Below are positions 1 to 11,563 of a stretch of DNA of 64,000 bases, piece after piece; position 1 is the stretch's first letter; every line of letters begins with the position of its first letter. The stretch covers positions 3,785-67,784 of the forward strand of contig MU006093.1 of assembly GCA_010093705.1 (NCBI GenBank). Reading direction: 5' to 3'. A program made the position numbers and the translations under genes. Below the pieces are notes generated by a model. The model worked only from the letters and a program-made list of their open reading frames with translations, had not been told where the DNA came from and did no database searches. This DNA is from Patellaria atrata CBS 101060. Taxonomy: Eukaryota.

Positions 1-418
1 GACGTACTGTATGGAAACAGTGTAACAAGTGAAGTCAAGTTCAAAACCGTAACATCCAAATCTATAGGTAAGATTGATGGTAAGAATAACTACGAGGAAT
101 CTAAATATATAAGGGAAAGACCGTCCTTAAATATTCCTATCCTCTATAGTCAATTTGGGGTGCTCACACCCTTTTGGACGTGGTGGCCGTTCTAGACGTG
201 GATCTCCTTCTACGTCCTTTACGTCCACTGCGTCCATAACCTGGACGTCCTGGACGTGGTGGACGTGGATCCCCCTTTGCGTCCTTTGCGTCCATTGCGT
301 CCACAGTTTCTAGTCACGTGACCCCTTGTTACTGGTTTCATCCGTGGTTCTCCCGAGTGGTGTTCCTACTTTCCCCTCACTCGTTGTCTGCATGTTTCTA
401 CAACTTGTGGCCGTAACA
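1..418 (+). mobile_element. LTR of a retrotransposon (truncated by window edge), inserted into an older Gypsy pol
   Basis: Ungapped match to 3506-3923 (14 differences, all transitions); ends ...CCGTAACA; the following bases resume a Gypsy RNase H motif. Confidence 0.9.
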
Positions 419-2871
419 CCACTAAGCCCTAGAGTACTTTATAACAAAACGATTACTTAACGCACGGTAAGCTTATTAGAGCGAGGCCTTAGCCGACTTT
501 CACTTCCGGATTAAGTATCGGCCCGGAGTAGAGAATATAGTCGCCGACGCTTTATTTTAGAAGTAGGAGGATCTTAAGATAGCTAAGGAGAAAGATATCG
601 CCGTATAAACCTAGGTACTACTTCACCCGTAGATAATAGTGGCTATAAGCCACCTCTTTATAAGATCTAGCTAAGCTTATACTCGTGCTCTTACTACACC
701 TAAGGGTGCCCCGGTTAAGCTCTTAACACCTCTTACCACGATAATAAAACCGATAAGATATATATCTAGAAAGGAGGAGGACACGGTTAAGCTAACTACA
801 CTAAACTAGAGCCGGGTAGGCATTATATCTAATTCGCCCCAGTCTAGCCCGGGAAATCACGGAACCGGAAGAGAGGAAAGAAGAGGACCTAGAACTATTA
901 TAGACTAGCTAGAACCTAGTATAGAGAAGGGCGATTCCGAATTATATAGATAGCTAGCCCCGGGGTCTTAAGAAGCGCTAGTAGAGCGGCTATCACCAAT
1001 TAAACTTATCGATAAGATTATCTAAAAGAATAGAACGTACGAGTCGCTAGCCCCCTTTTAGAAGTAAGCTAAGACGAGAGAAAAGTACTAGAATATCCGC
1101 GAAGGCCTACTACTATAGTTTAACCGGCTAATAGTACCGGACGTTAATAATCTCCGTATATATCTACTCCGAGATATCTATAATACCCTAATAACCGGGT
1201 ATCTAGGAGTACGGAAAATAAAAGATCTAGTTAAAGATCGATACTACTAGCCGGGCCTAATAGCTAACGTAGAGAGATACGTACGAAACTATTATATATA
1301 CCGTCGGACGTACATGCCGAGAGATAAAGCTCTAGGCTTACTAAAATCTTTACTAATCGGGGATAGATACTAGTAGTATATAGCGTTTAACTTTAAGTCG
1401 TTTCTAAAGGATAAACACGGATTTAAGATAATCTTCGTTATCGTTAATAGACTTAGGAAACGAACTATCTCTATATCTTATAAATAAGACGTATCCGCTA
1501 AATTAGTAGCTAAGCTATATTACGAATACGTATAGAGAATATATAGTATACTCGAAACGGTAATATCTAACCGAGGACCCCAATTTATCTCAGCATTTAT
1601 AGACGAGCTATATAAACTAACGAGGGTTAAGTAGAAGCTATCTACGGTATATTACTTCTAGATAAATAGTGGTATAGAGATTATAAACTAATATATTAAT
1701 CTAAGACTACGCCCCTTTATAAACCACTACTAAGACGACTAGTCGGAATTAATACTAGCCGTGGACTTCGCCTAGGTAACGCTAACCCACGAATTAACGG
1801 GTATCTCACTATACGAATTAGAACTCGGATATAAACCACGGATACACTTTAATTAGCACGAGCGTACTAACCTAGATAGCTATAAGACTATTAGGAATCG
1901 TATAAGTTAAGAAGAGGTATAGTAGTTTATAAAACGAATCCACGATACTATTAAGTGGGCTAGAGGGAACTTAGCTTAGGTATAAGTAACGTAAGCTAAA
2001 GTAGCTAATAAGCACCGTTAAGAGCCGGACTTTAGGCCGGGCGACTACGTCTTTATCACTCGGAAGGGCTAGACTTCGGATAGACTAAGCGTTAAACTAG
2101 ACTACTAAAACGCCGGACCGTATAAGATTACTAATATAAAGGGGTACTCCTATATAGTAGACCTACCACCTAATATAAAGATATCGAACGTGTTCCACGC
2201 GGATAGGCTAAGAAAGGCTATTATAGATCCACTTTTAGGTTAATAGCTAGAACCACTCCCACTAGTCGAGATTAACGGGGAACCGGAGTATAAAGTCGAT
2301 AAGGTGTTAGCTAGCCGTATCGTATAGGGTTAACTATAATATAAAGTAAGCTAGGTAGATTATAACCCCGATAATATATAGTATCTAGCCTTAAATTTTA
2401 TCGGAGCCCCGTATAAGATAGAGGAGTTTCACGACGAGAGACTATTAGACGCTAGACCTCCGATCCGATTAAACGTATAGCTTAAAGCTTATCGGGCTAA
2501 TAACCACGAACTAGAACTATATCTAGACGATAATAAAGCCGAGAAGAAAGGTCTAGCTTAGATTTAAAGGCGTCGAAAGTGAGTATAGATAAGGCGAACG
2601 TTACCGTAGAAATCTATAACTAGTTAACGATTTCTACTTTTAAGGGGGAGGGTAGTATAACGATATTATAGATTATTATTTTCTACTTTCCCTTATTAGT
2701 AGTAGTCGCGCCGAGGTTCTACCGTTACGTGCTTAATACTAGTAGATCGCGCGACTATAACTTCTTCTTTCCTTAACTTAATCTCTTTATATTATAGTTA
2801 GATTATACTAGTTATAATCTAATTCGATTCTCTATAACCGCTACGCCGTTATAATAATAAATCGCGTTATA
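419..2871 (+). mobile_element. RIP-degraded Ty3/Gypsy chromovirus 3' half (RNase H end, integrase, chromodomain, PPT, 3' LTR)
   Basis: Stop-riddled translation gives H*ALEYFITKRLLNAR*...DFHFRIKYRPGVENIVADAL (RNase H), integrase core ETVISNRGPQFIS, chromodomain GEPEYKVDKVLASR; purine tract AAGGGGGAGGGTAG (2642-2655) followed by LTR-like TATAACG...CGTTATA (2656-~2871, RIPed TGTAACG...CGTTACA); TpA-rich, CpA/TpG-poor. Confidence 0.9.
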
Positions 2872-2906
2872 AAATACTACTAATATTACTATAGAAATTA
2901 GGGCTA

Positions 2907-4380
2907 ATTTCTACTATTAAAAAGAGGGTAATATAACGATATATTATAATACTAATCCCGTATTTTCTATATTAAGTGTTTAGTTTATTTATAAGAGATC
3001 TTTACCGGATCGGATACGGAAAAGATCTTTAAACGCTAATTAGTTAAATAGAAGATAGTTAGGCCGAGGCTTAATAAGATAGATATAATATCTATAATAT
3101 TAAGAGCTAATCTATTAATATTAGCTATATATAATTACTACTAAGTAAAGAGATTAAGTTAAAAAAAAGAGAGAATTATAGATAATAATTATAAGCTTAA
3201 ATAGTCTTATCGACTAATAGAATTTCCTAATAATATAATTAAGCTAAATATAAGTAAATCCGTTAAATATAGGAAAGTAGAAAGATTAATAGATAATAAT
3301 TATTATAACGAAATGTTATAACGGGAGTCTATACTTATCGAGACAGAACTGGATAAGCCTAGAAACGCGCCTGGCTTCTCACTTAACGTGGTTAACCACA
3401 AAGGTAGGTTTGGCAAAGTGATAGGATACGTATAACAAAGGCACTTCAAGTTGACGATACAACTTGCTGACTCCTTGACTTCGGGTAATGCTCACGATGA
3501 GACAAGACGTACTGTATGGAAATAGTGTGACAAGTGAAGTCAAGTTTAAAACCGTAACATCCAAATCTATAGGTAAGATTGATGGTAAGAATAACTACGA
3601 AGAATCTAAATATATGAGGGAAAGACCGTCCTTAAATATTCCTATCCTTTATAGTCAATTTGGGGTGCTCACACCCTTTTGGACGTGGTGGCCGTTCTAG
3701 ACGTGAATCTCCTTCTACGTCCTTTACGTCCACTACGTCCATAACCTGGACGTCCTAGACGTGGTGGACGTGGATCCCCCTTTACGTCCTTTGCGTCCAT
3801 TGCGTCCATAGTTTCTAGTCACGTGACCCCTTGTTACTGGTTTCATCCGTGGTTCTCCCGAGTGGTGTTCCTACTTTCCCCTCACTCGTTGTCTACATGT
3901 TCCTACAACTTATGGCCGTAACACGAAACTATTATATATAGATATTTAGCCTATAATATTATTATTCCTTAATTTAATCTCTATACTTAGTAGTTAGTAA
4001 TAGAGATAATTAAAATATAATTACTATAGCTATACTATATTATTATAATAAAAAACCGATTAAAACTAAACTAATTAAATACGATAATAAATAATATTAA
4101 TATACTTTAACTATTATATTTAAGGCTATATAAAATATTAATATACTAGTATTTTAAGTAACTTTTAAATATAATTTTATTTAAATATATTTTATTATAA
4201 TAGAGTAATTATATAAAAACGCTAGTTAGTCTTAATAGGATATTCTATTAAGTGGTATATCCTATTAACTAGTAAAGCACGTTATTATTTAGAGATTATA
4301 GTTAGGAAGATATATTTAACTAAACTTTTTCATTTATATATTCTCTAAATGCCTATAAAAGGATCAAATATTCGTATAAA
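2907..4380. repeat. Heavily RIPed AT-rich repeat relic (second PPT plus LTR start), interrupted by the solo LTR at 3314-3923
   Basis: ATTTCTACTATTAAAAAGAGGGTAA-TATAACGAT (2907-2940) resembles ATTTCTACTTTTAAGGGGGAGGGTAG-TATAACGAT (2630-2664); extreme TpA content. Confidence 0.55.
3314..3923 (+). mobile_element. Solo LTR, 610 bp, with 5-bp target-site duplication CGAAA
   Basis: TGTTATA...GTAACA termini; CGAAA at 3309-3313 and 3924-3928. Confidence 0.93.
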
Positions 4381-4911
4381 GATAAGTATTTAAACGGTAC
4401 TTCACGAAGTGGTAGCCTAGAGTTGATTAGTCAGCGTGGTGGCATCAACTAAGGGGGCATTTCGCCACCACCAGCAGGGAGATGGCCGGTCCGTACCAGC
4501 CATGACCATTGTGACAGCTTGCCACAGTAGCGAGTATTTATAAGGGGTGTGTTGTTGACTTAGTCGTTTCTTCAAAGTTAAGGTCAAGGTCGAGGTTGAA
4601 TGTAGATTTATACCAAGCCAAACTTCGGGAGGTGATCCTCCCTCCCCATAGCTAGGGGTCATCGGCGGATTACTTTGCCGATAAACACGATATGCCATAG
4701 AAATTCCGACTTGGCACTAACACTTGGTGAAGAGCTCCGCCCGGTCCTCCTACATTTATATTCTACCTTCTCTTAATACTCAAAGCCTCTCATTCACACT
4801 CGAATCTTTATGAGCAAGTGGACTAGCGATGTTTATAGGCCTTTTCAGCTCCTTAAATGTCTATTGTTCGCATCAATTGTCTAAGCGCGTCGTACCGCAC
4901 ACTTCATCGCC

Positions 4912-7418
4912 ATGACAGATTTATCGCGCTCAGCGATAATCAAAGCAAAGCCCATTAAGCAAGGACTGGAAGCGTTTCGCGACTCAGCCCAGTCGCTCTT
5001 GCCAGAGCTTCATACTTCCAGTCCCACCACGGTGCTGGATCGAATAGGTAGCGAAGGTAAGGGTGCCAGAATTGTCCAGATCGTCGACTAATAGAAGTAG
5101 CCCTTCAAGATCACGCACTTGATCTTTTATCTGCGCTGCAAATTCTTCCTGCCTCCCGTCAGCTACCATCCAGCAGTGGCGGAAAGAACCTATTCGGAGA
5201 TCTTTCCCGACTCAACCAAGCCATAAATAGCGGAGATTTCGATATACGAAGCGTCATACCCCTCCTCCGTGCAGTTCTGAAAAATGAGTCTGATACTGTT
5301 ATCTGGGAGAAGGTGTATGATCTAGTTGCAGAGCCGACACTGACGACTGTTGCCAAACCATCGACGCCTCCCCCATCAGGCCCTCCCCGAACCGCGTCCT
5401 TTCAGCAGACGCCTTGGTCGTTCAACACGGGAAGTTTCGCAGACACTTCCGAATTGAGAAAGAATGTGGATCCCATACTCAAGAGTGAAGTGGAGGATAA
5501 CCTTAGGATTGACCATCCGGGCGTTTTCAATACGTTCTTTGGGCAAATCCCGCAGCTTCGCGAGATAACATCGGCCGTGTTGCAGAGCTTTAAGGACGCG
5601 GAATCGCCGTTATTTAAAGAAGAAGTTGGTTGGATGGAGTGGCCGGAGGAATGCGAGGAGACAGCGGTGCTACAGTTCCTTCGCGGCCACATCGACCGAT
5701 TGCTGCAATTTGCGAATGAACAGGGCTTCCGTCCTTCGAAGCGTCGTCGCTGCATCAGTACCCCGAATAAGTCCATTCCCGGATCGGTCAGCAAGCGAAA
5801 GCTCGATGTGGGCCTTGCGTACAACTCAAATGACGAGCTGAAGGAGAGTAACGACCAGAGCTATGACTGGTCCCACATCCTCATTCCGGGCGAACTAAAG
5901 AGCAACCCGCGAGAGGACAACCACAGCAGTACGTGGCTCGATCTTGTCAGATATGCTCGGGAAATATTCAGCGCACAAGACACCCGGCGGTTTGTTCTGG
6001 GATTTACCCTCTGTGGCTCGGTCATGCGGTTATGGGAATTTGACCGGCTTGGGGTAGTTGGATCTACACCATTTGACATCAACAAAGATGGCAAGATGTT
6101 CGTCTCAGTGATATTGGGATACTTATGGATGTCAGAAGAATGCTTGGGCTTCGATTCTACTATTGTAGGGGATGGCAGGAGATACACAAGCATTCAGCGG
6201 GATGGCCAGACTGAGCAACTTGTCCTGGAACATCGCATTAAACGGCAACGTTCAGTCGCTGGCAGGGCAACCACGTGCTGGAAAGGCTTTGCAGAAGATA
6301 TGCCTGATCAGCGGCTTGTGATCAAGGACTCGTGGGAGTATGAGGAGCGGCCTGAAGAAGGCCTATTGCTCAAGGAGGCGACAGAAGCTGCTGTAAGAAA
6401 TGTGGCGCGGTATTACCACCACGAGACTGTACGCATCGATGGCAGTGTGGATGATGTTCTTAACAGTGTACGAAAGGGACTGAGTGACAAAGTTGGTCGG
6501 AATCCATTGCATCAACGAGCAGTATATGCAGAATCCATCATAAGCCCAATACTCTCGGATACTTCAGGTGCAGGAAGAGGGAGGAGCAGTAGCCGAAGTC
6601 GCACCATGTCACGAAAGAGGTCCCCGAGCAGTATTCAAGCATCGATTCCGCCTCCGAAACGATCCTGTTCGGACTCCCCGGTCAAGCAAGACATGCAGCG
6701 ACGAAGAAACCGGGTTCACCGACGGCTTGTCATGCGGGATGTTGGGAAGAGTGTCTATGAGGCAAGTTCTCCATGTGGCATACTGACGGGATTGCTTGGA
6801 GGCATAAAAGGCGAGTGCCACGTGAAGCATTTCGAGCAATGGCTGATTTTCGTAGGACACGAGTCGCTCCTACATGCGAAGATTCTCCACCGAGATATAT
6901 CCATCGGAAATATCATGTTAACGATGGTGGAGGATGACGGTTTCTTAATCGACCTCGATCTTGCCGTTAAAATCGACCGCGAGAACGCGTCCGGAGCACC
7001 GACTAAAACCGGGACTAAAGTTTTCATGGCAATTGGGGCACTCTATGGTGAAGACCACAACTTCATGCATGATTTGGAGTCATTTTTCTGGGTGTTGTTC
7101 TGGGTTTGTGTTCGTTGGAATGGGCCAGGTCGGTTGAGGAGCGAGACACAGTATGACTCTTGGAACTACGAGCCAACGCAGAAACTTGCGGAAATCAAAA
7201 AGGGCAAAGTGGACGAGGAAGACAAATTCACAGAGGAAGTGGAGAAGGAATTCACAGCTCAATGCAAGCCGCTGATCCCTTGCATACAGGAACTACGAAG
7301 GGTGGTCTTCCCAGAGGGAAAGCGTTGGTTGAGAGAGGATCGCCAGCTTTATTCGCGCATGAAGTCGGTTCTTCAGCGGGCAATGGAGGCCATAGATACT
7401 ATAGGACAACAGTATTGA
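4912..7418 (+). CDS. Fungal-type protein kinase (FunK1/Pkinase_fungal family); introns 5057-5100 and probable GC-AG intron 6811-6855
   Basis: ATG 4912 (MTDLSRSAIIKAKPI) splices in frame to the 701-aa ORF; family motifs GELKSN, RLWEFDR, GRATTCW, VIKDSW, LHRDISIGN, IDLDLA, TGTKVFMA, HDLESFFWVL. Confidence 0.9.
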
Positions 7419-7812
7419 TTTAGGTGAGCTTACTCAGTCTCAGCTCTTCAGTATGAATATATCGCGAAGCAACGTGTGCGTTTCCTAGGCAATAGATTTG
7501 CTCTCTATTTTGGGGTGAGGTAGATTATGGATTATGCCTTAAGATCACGCTCGAGTTACCGCAGCTCCGCGTGCCTGGTCCCCGGGCCGTATAAGTCTAA
7601 ACTAGGGCGTCTGGGTCTAAACTGGTGGCGTCTGAGGGCCGCGCTCGACCCTCCACCAGCCCTCCGCGTCAGCCGTAGCGCATGCTCCCAAGTGGCAACC
7701 TTATATAACTCAAACCTCTCTTTCATCTTGTTGGATTGCAGATGTCAGACTAGGATCCTAGTAAAGCTTCAGTTATACCCTCTCTCTACTACAGAAAATA
7801 TCCCATTCTATA

Positions 7813-8244
7813 TGTTATAGTTATTCAGAGCTACTAAAACTTAATATACCTACCAGTGTATCTTAGAGATCGCCGACCTCGTTTTATATGTTACAATTCA
7901 GTTAGTAATGGGCTTAGAATTGGGGTATAAGAACTATATCTTAGGATATAACTTAAGAAGTGCAAGCGATATTCTTTAATCTATCAGCTATTTATATATC
8001 TGATGAGGTAAGAGTTTATAAGGTGTAAGAACTACGAAGGATCTAAATACAAGTGTAAAGAGCGTCCTTTAAGTATTCCTTTTTTAAGTCCTATTCTATA
8101 CTATGCTCGGTCTATTCAGTCTACTCAGTGTTTGGAAAACACTGGCGATACTGATCAATTCCCTTGGTCACGTGACATATGTCTCCGTTCCCTTTCCGAC
8201 GTTTCTCCGTCGTGCCATCGCTGGCTACTTTCCTGTTCGTAACA
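7813..8244 (+). mobile_element. Diverged solo-LTR relative of the 3314-3923 family (5' boundary uncertain)
   Basis: Shares AACTACGAAG-ATCTAAATA, CGTCCTT..ATTCCT, GTCACGTGAC and CGTAACA end; no TSD found. Confidence 0.65.
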
Positions 8245-8622
8245 GCAACAGTCCCAGTCTAGCCCTGAAGATGCAGCGATATTAAGTACGAGAAACATTT
8301 TTCTAGAAATAAAAACTAAGTTAGGTGTTTCATGAGATGAAGAACTTTGTATTACATGTCCCATTATGGCTATACGAGCTGTAGACAATAGGGCATCCCG
8401 TCCGCTCTGCCATACTTAACCTTTATACCGGTGCAATAGTAGTTGAGTGGGTGACCATCAGCGAATGCGCACTGTTGTATGTTTTCTTTCTTGCAAATTT
8501 TTTTATGGTATGGTGGAATTGCGGGACGGTCCGTTGGAACTAAAAGCGGTAATAATGTTTTATTTTTGCATTTATTAGGTCGGATTGGAATAATGCGGGC
8601 TCTTGTGAGTTTGGGCTGTATG

Positions 8623-8700
8623 TGTTACAACGGGAGTCTATACTTATCAAGACAGAATATAATAAATCTAGAAATGCGCCTTCCATCTGAGGTTGAGCCA
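8623..8700 (+). repeat. 5' fragment of the same LTR family
   Basis: TGTTACAACGGGAGTCTATACTTATCAAGACAGAA nearly identical to the start of the 3314 LTR. Confidence 0.75.
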
Positions 8701-8777
8701 TGACACTTACGACGTGACAGGAGTGGAAAGACCAGATTTTATAGATCGAGGGAGTAGTCCAGCGCTTTCATCCCTAA

Positions 8778-9340
8778 TGTTAAAAACGACGGGAGTCTAC
8801 ACCTGTCAAGGCAGAGCAAGACAAATATAAAAACGCGCAAGGTTTCTCACCCCGGAGGTACCTCCTTCTCTTACGAAAAGGGCTTGGTTTCCGCTTCGTG
8901 ATAGAACGTGTAAAGGTTTGCTTCCCCTTAACTCTCTCTCAAAGGCTTCACAGTAGAGACAATTGATACCGTACGAACACAGTATAACAAAGGTGAGTTG
9001 AGTCAAAAACTGTAACATCCGATCTTATAGTAAGATATGTTGGTGAGAAGAACTACGAAGAATCTAAATACACACGCAAAGGAGCGTCCTAAAATATTCC
9101 TTCCTCACAGTCCTGATTATCGCTGCTCCCATCTGCTCCCATCTCCACGATGGAATCACTTAGGAACACTATGCTCCCGTCTGCTCCCATTCCCTAGTGG
9201 GATAACCTGGGATCAATATGCTTACTGAGCGTTGGTCACGTGACTTTCCACTACAGTTTCCCCCCGTCGATGTTCCCTTCAGTGTGGTTCCCTGCGCTCC
9301 ACCTACTGTTGATGCTGTTTTCTATCTTGTGTCCGTAACA
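8778..9340 (+). mobile_element. Diverged solo LTR of the same family
   Basis: TGTTA...CCGTAACA termini; GGGAGTCTAC, GTAACATCC, AACTACGAAGAATCTAAATA and GTCACGTGAC blocks collinear with 3314-3923; no TSD. Confidence 0.8.
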
Positions 9341-9567
9341 AGGGCATTATAACATTAAGTAGGGTAAAGTCCGCGGTAAGGATCGGCTAAAAAGTTAGTA
9401 AAGATTCCCCACACTGAGATATGTTATGTCCGATGCGTGTGCCAAGCAGCCCTCGGTTTACGGTCCGAACTTCGAACGGCACTATCACATCCATTCTTCT
9501 TCTTTCTCTTTTCTCTTACTCCAATTCTACTTCTTTACTTCTAGTCACCCTTTCTTCGATCTCTTAA

Positions 9568-10938
9568 ATGATAATGCCGCCCTCCGCCCTCCGAACATCA
9601 CTCCCACGCAGCATCCCAAAGCTCCACCGACGGACACCACCGTCATGTCGTTCCTTCACCACAACCCCATTCCGTAGAAAAGAGATTTCAGATGCCTACA
9701 TTCTCAGTGCCTCGCGGACACCATCCGGAGTGGTATGATATTTCTCCTATCTATCATCCTCTACCAGCAATTAACAACCGCTCTAGTTCAATGGCGCCCT
9801 CATTTCCGTCCCCGGCCCCCAACTCGGGGCTACTGCTATAAAATCCGCCCTCGAAAAGTCCACCGTCCCTATATCCTCCATATCCGCAGTCTACATGGGA
9901 CAAGTACTTCAAGCTCATGTGGGGCAAGCACCTGCACGACAAGCTACCATCTTCGCTGGGTTGCCGAACACAATCGAGTCTACCACCATCAACAAAGTTT
10001 GCGCCTCGGGTCTCAAGGCCGTGGCGTTAGCCGCTCAGAGCATCCAACTTGGCCAAACTGAGGCCATAATCGCAGGCGGGATGGAAAACATGTCCCGCGT
10101 CCCATACTACCTCCCCCGCGCCTCGCAACAGCCTCCCTTCGGCCACCAGACCCTCTCCGATGGCCTCATAGTCGACGGCCTTTGGGATGTGTACAACCAG
10201 ATCCACATGGGCAATTGCGCCGAAAAGACGGCAAAAGACCACAAAGTGACGCGTGAAGAGCAAGACGAGTTCGCCATCCTCTCCTACAAACGCGCCCAAG
10301 CCGCCTGGTCCAGCGGCGCATTCGCAGACGAGGTCGTTCCCGTTACCATCCCTGGAAAGAAAGGAACGAGCACGACCATGACCGAGGACGAGGGCTACAA
10401 GAAGCTGAAGCTGGAAAAAGTACCCACGCTCAAACCTGCGTTCGACAAGTCCGGCTCCGGCACCGTGACCGCGGCCAACAGCTCCTCCTTCAACGACGGT
10501 GCCTCGGCCCTCGTCCTCGGCAGCCATACAACCGCAAAGGCCTACGGGAAGGACTCCCGCGTCCTCGCGCGCATAGTCGCCTACGCTGACGCCGCCGTCG
10601 ACCCCATCGACTTCCCCGTCGCCCCCGCCAAGGTTGTCCCCATCATTCTCAAAGAAGCAGGGCTCTCCACCAAGGACATCTCGGTCTTCGAGATCAACGA
10701 GGCGTTCGCGGCGGTCATCAAGGCGAACCAGAAGATCCTCGGCTTGGATATCGAGAAGGTGAATCCAAGGGGTGGAGCCATCGCGCTGGGCCACGCGCTG
10801 GGCAGCTCCGGGAGTAGGATTTTAGTCACCCTGTTGCATCAGCTTAAGGTCGGGCAGTATGGGGTTGTCGCAATATGTAATGGAGGGGGGGCGACAACAG
10901 GGATGGTGGTGCAAAGGGTGGATCATGGGAGTTTGTAG
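9568..10938 (+). CDS. erg10: Acetyl-CoA acetyltransferase (thiolase) with probable mitochondrial presequence; intron 9733-9786
   Basis: Motifs [35 protein letters not shown]; Arg/Ser-rich N-terminal exon ([15 protein letters not shown]...[10 protein letters not shown]) splices in frame. Confidence 0.93.
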
Positions 10939-11302
10939 GATAATGATTGATTGGTTGGGACCGGAGGAAGGGCTGTTATAGAGATAGCCCTATTTTGTAT
11001 CGGACGGAATATTGCATCTCAGGTGCTTTTGGGATGTATCATGCAGTTATGTATGTGGCATGTACAGTATGATTCATATTCAGTACTTGACGAGGCGACG
11101 CAGACCCGGATGATAGAGGTAATAGAAGAGATTTAATATTACTGTGTAGTAGGTGTTGTACGTGTTACTTCCTTCTCTCGACATTTTTAGGTTAAGTGCA
11201 ATTATTTTGTATGAATGACTGGCTAGTACGAAATGATGGGCTTGTATAGTGCACTATGGAACGACTAGACTGTACTGTGAAAGTGGCTGGTATCTGCAAA
11301 TT

Positions 11303-11412
11303 GACTGAACTGTAGCCAGTGACTGAACTGTACCAGAGTACTGAATTGTACCAAACGATTGAACTGTACAGAACGACTATACTGTACCAAACGACTGAAC
11401 TAAACAACGACT
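11303..11412. repeat. 18-bp minisatellite, ~6 units, consensus GACTGAACTGTACCAAAC
   Basis: Units start at 11303, 11321, 11339, 11357, 11375, 11393. Confidence 0.85.
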
Positions 11413-11563
11413 GGAGCGCACACGACAAGTCACAACAAGCCAGTACCCGGTTTATGCAAGCGGATGAATCAATGGTTCTAGTAAAGACCGGAGCAGTTAA
11501 CGTAGCGCATAGACGACAACGAAGAGTGGCAGGGACAACAGGGCAGCAAATAACTGAAACTTT

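Noticed and set aside
3379..3700. Short ORFs 3379-3564 and 3488-3700
   Set aside because: Lie wholly within the solo LTR; no protein motifs
1..3923. One intact LTR retrotransposon bounded by the two matching LTRs
   Set aside because: Second LTR has its own TSD, first interrupts RNase H, no gag/RT between them, and the pol has a separate PPT and LTR
4510..4735. Possible LTR (TGTGAC...CTAACA) followed by a TGG PBS-like sequence
   Set aside because: No TSD, poor terminal repeat, no second copy in the window, no tRNA match I can support
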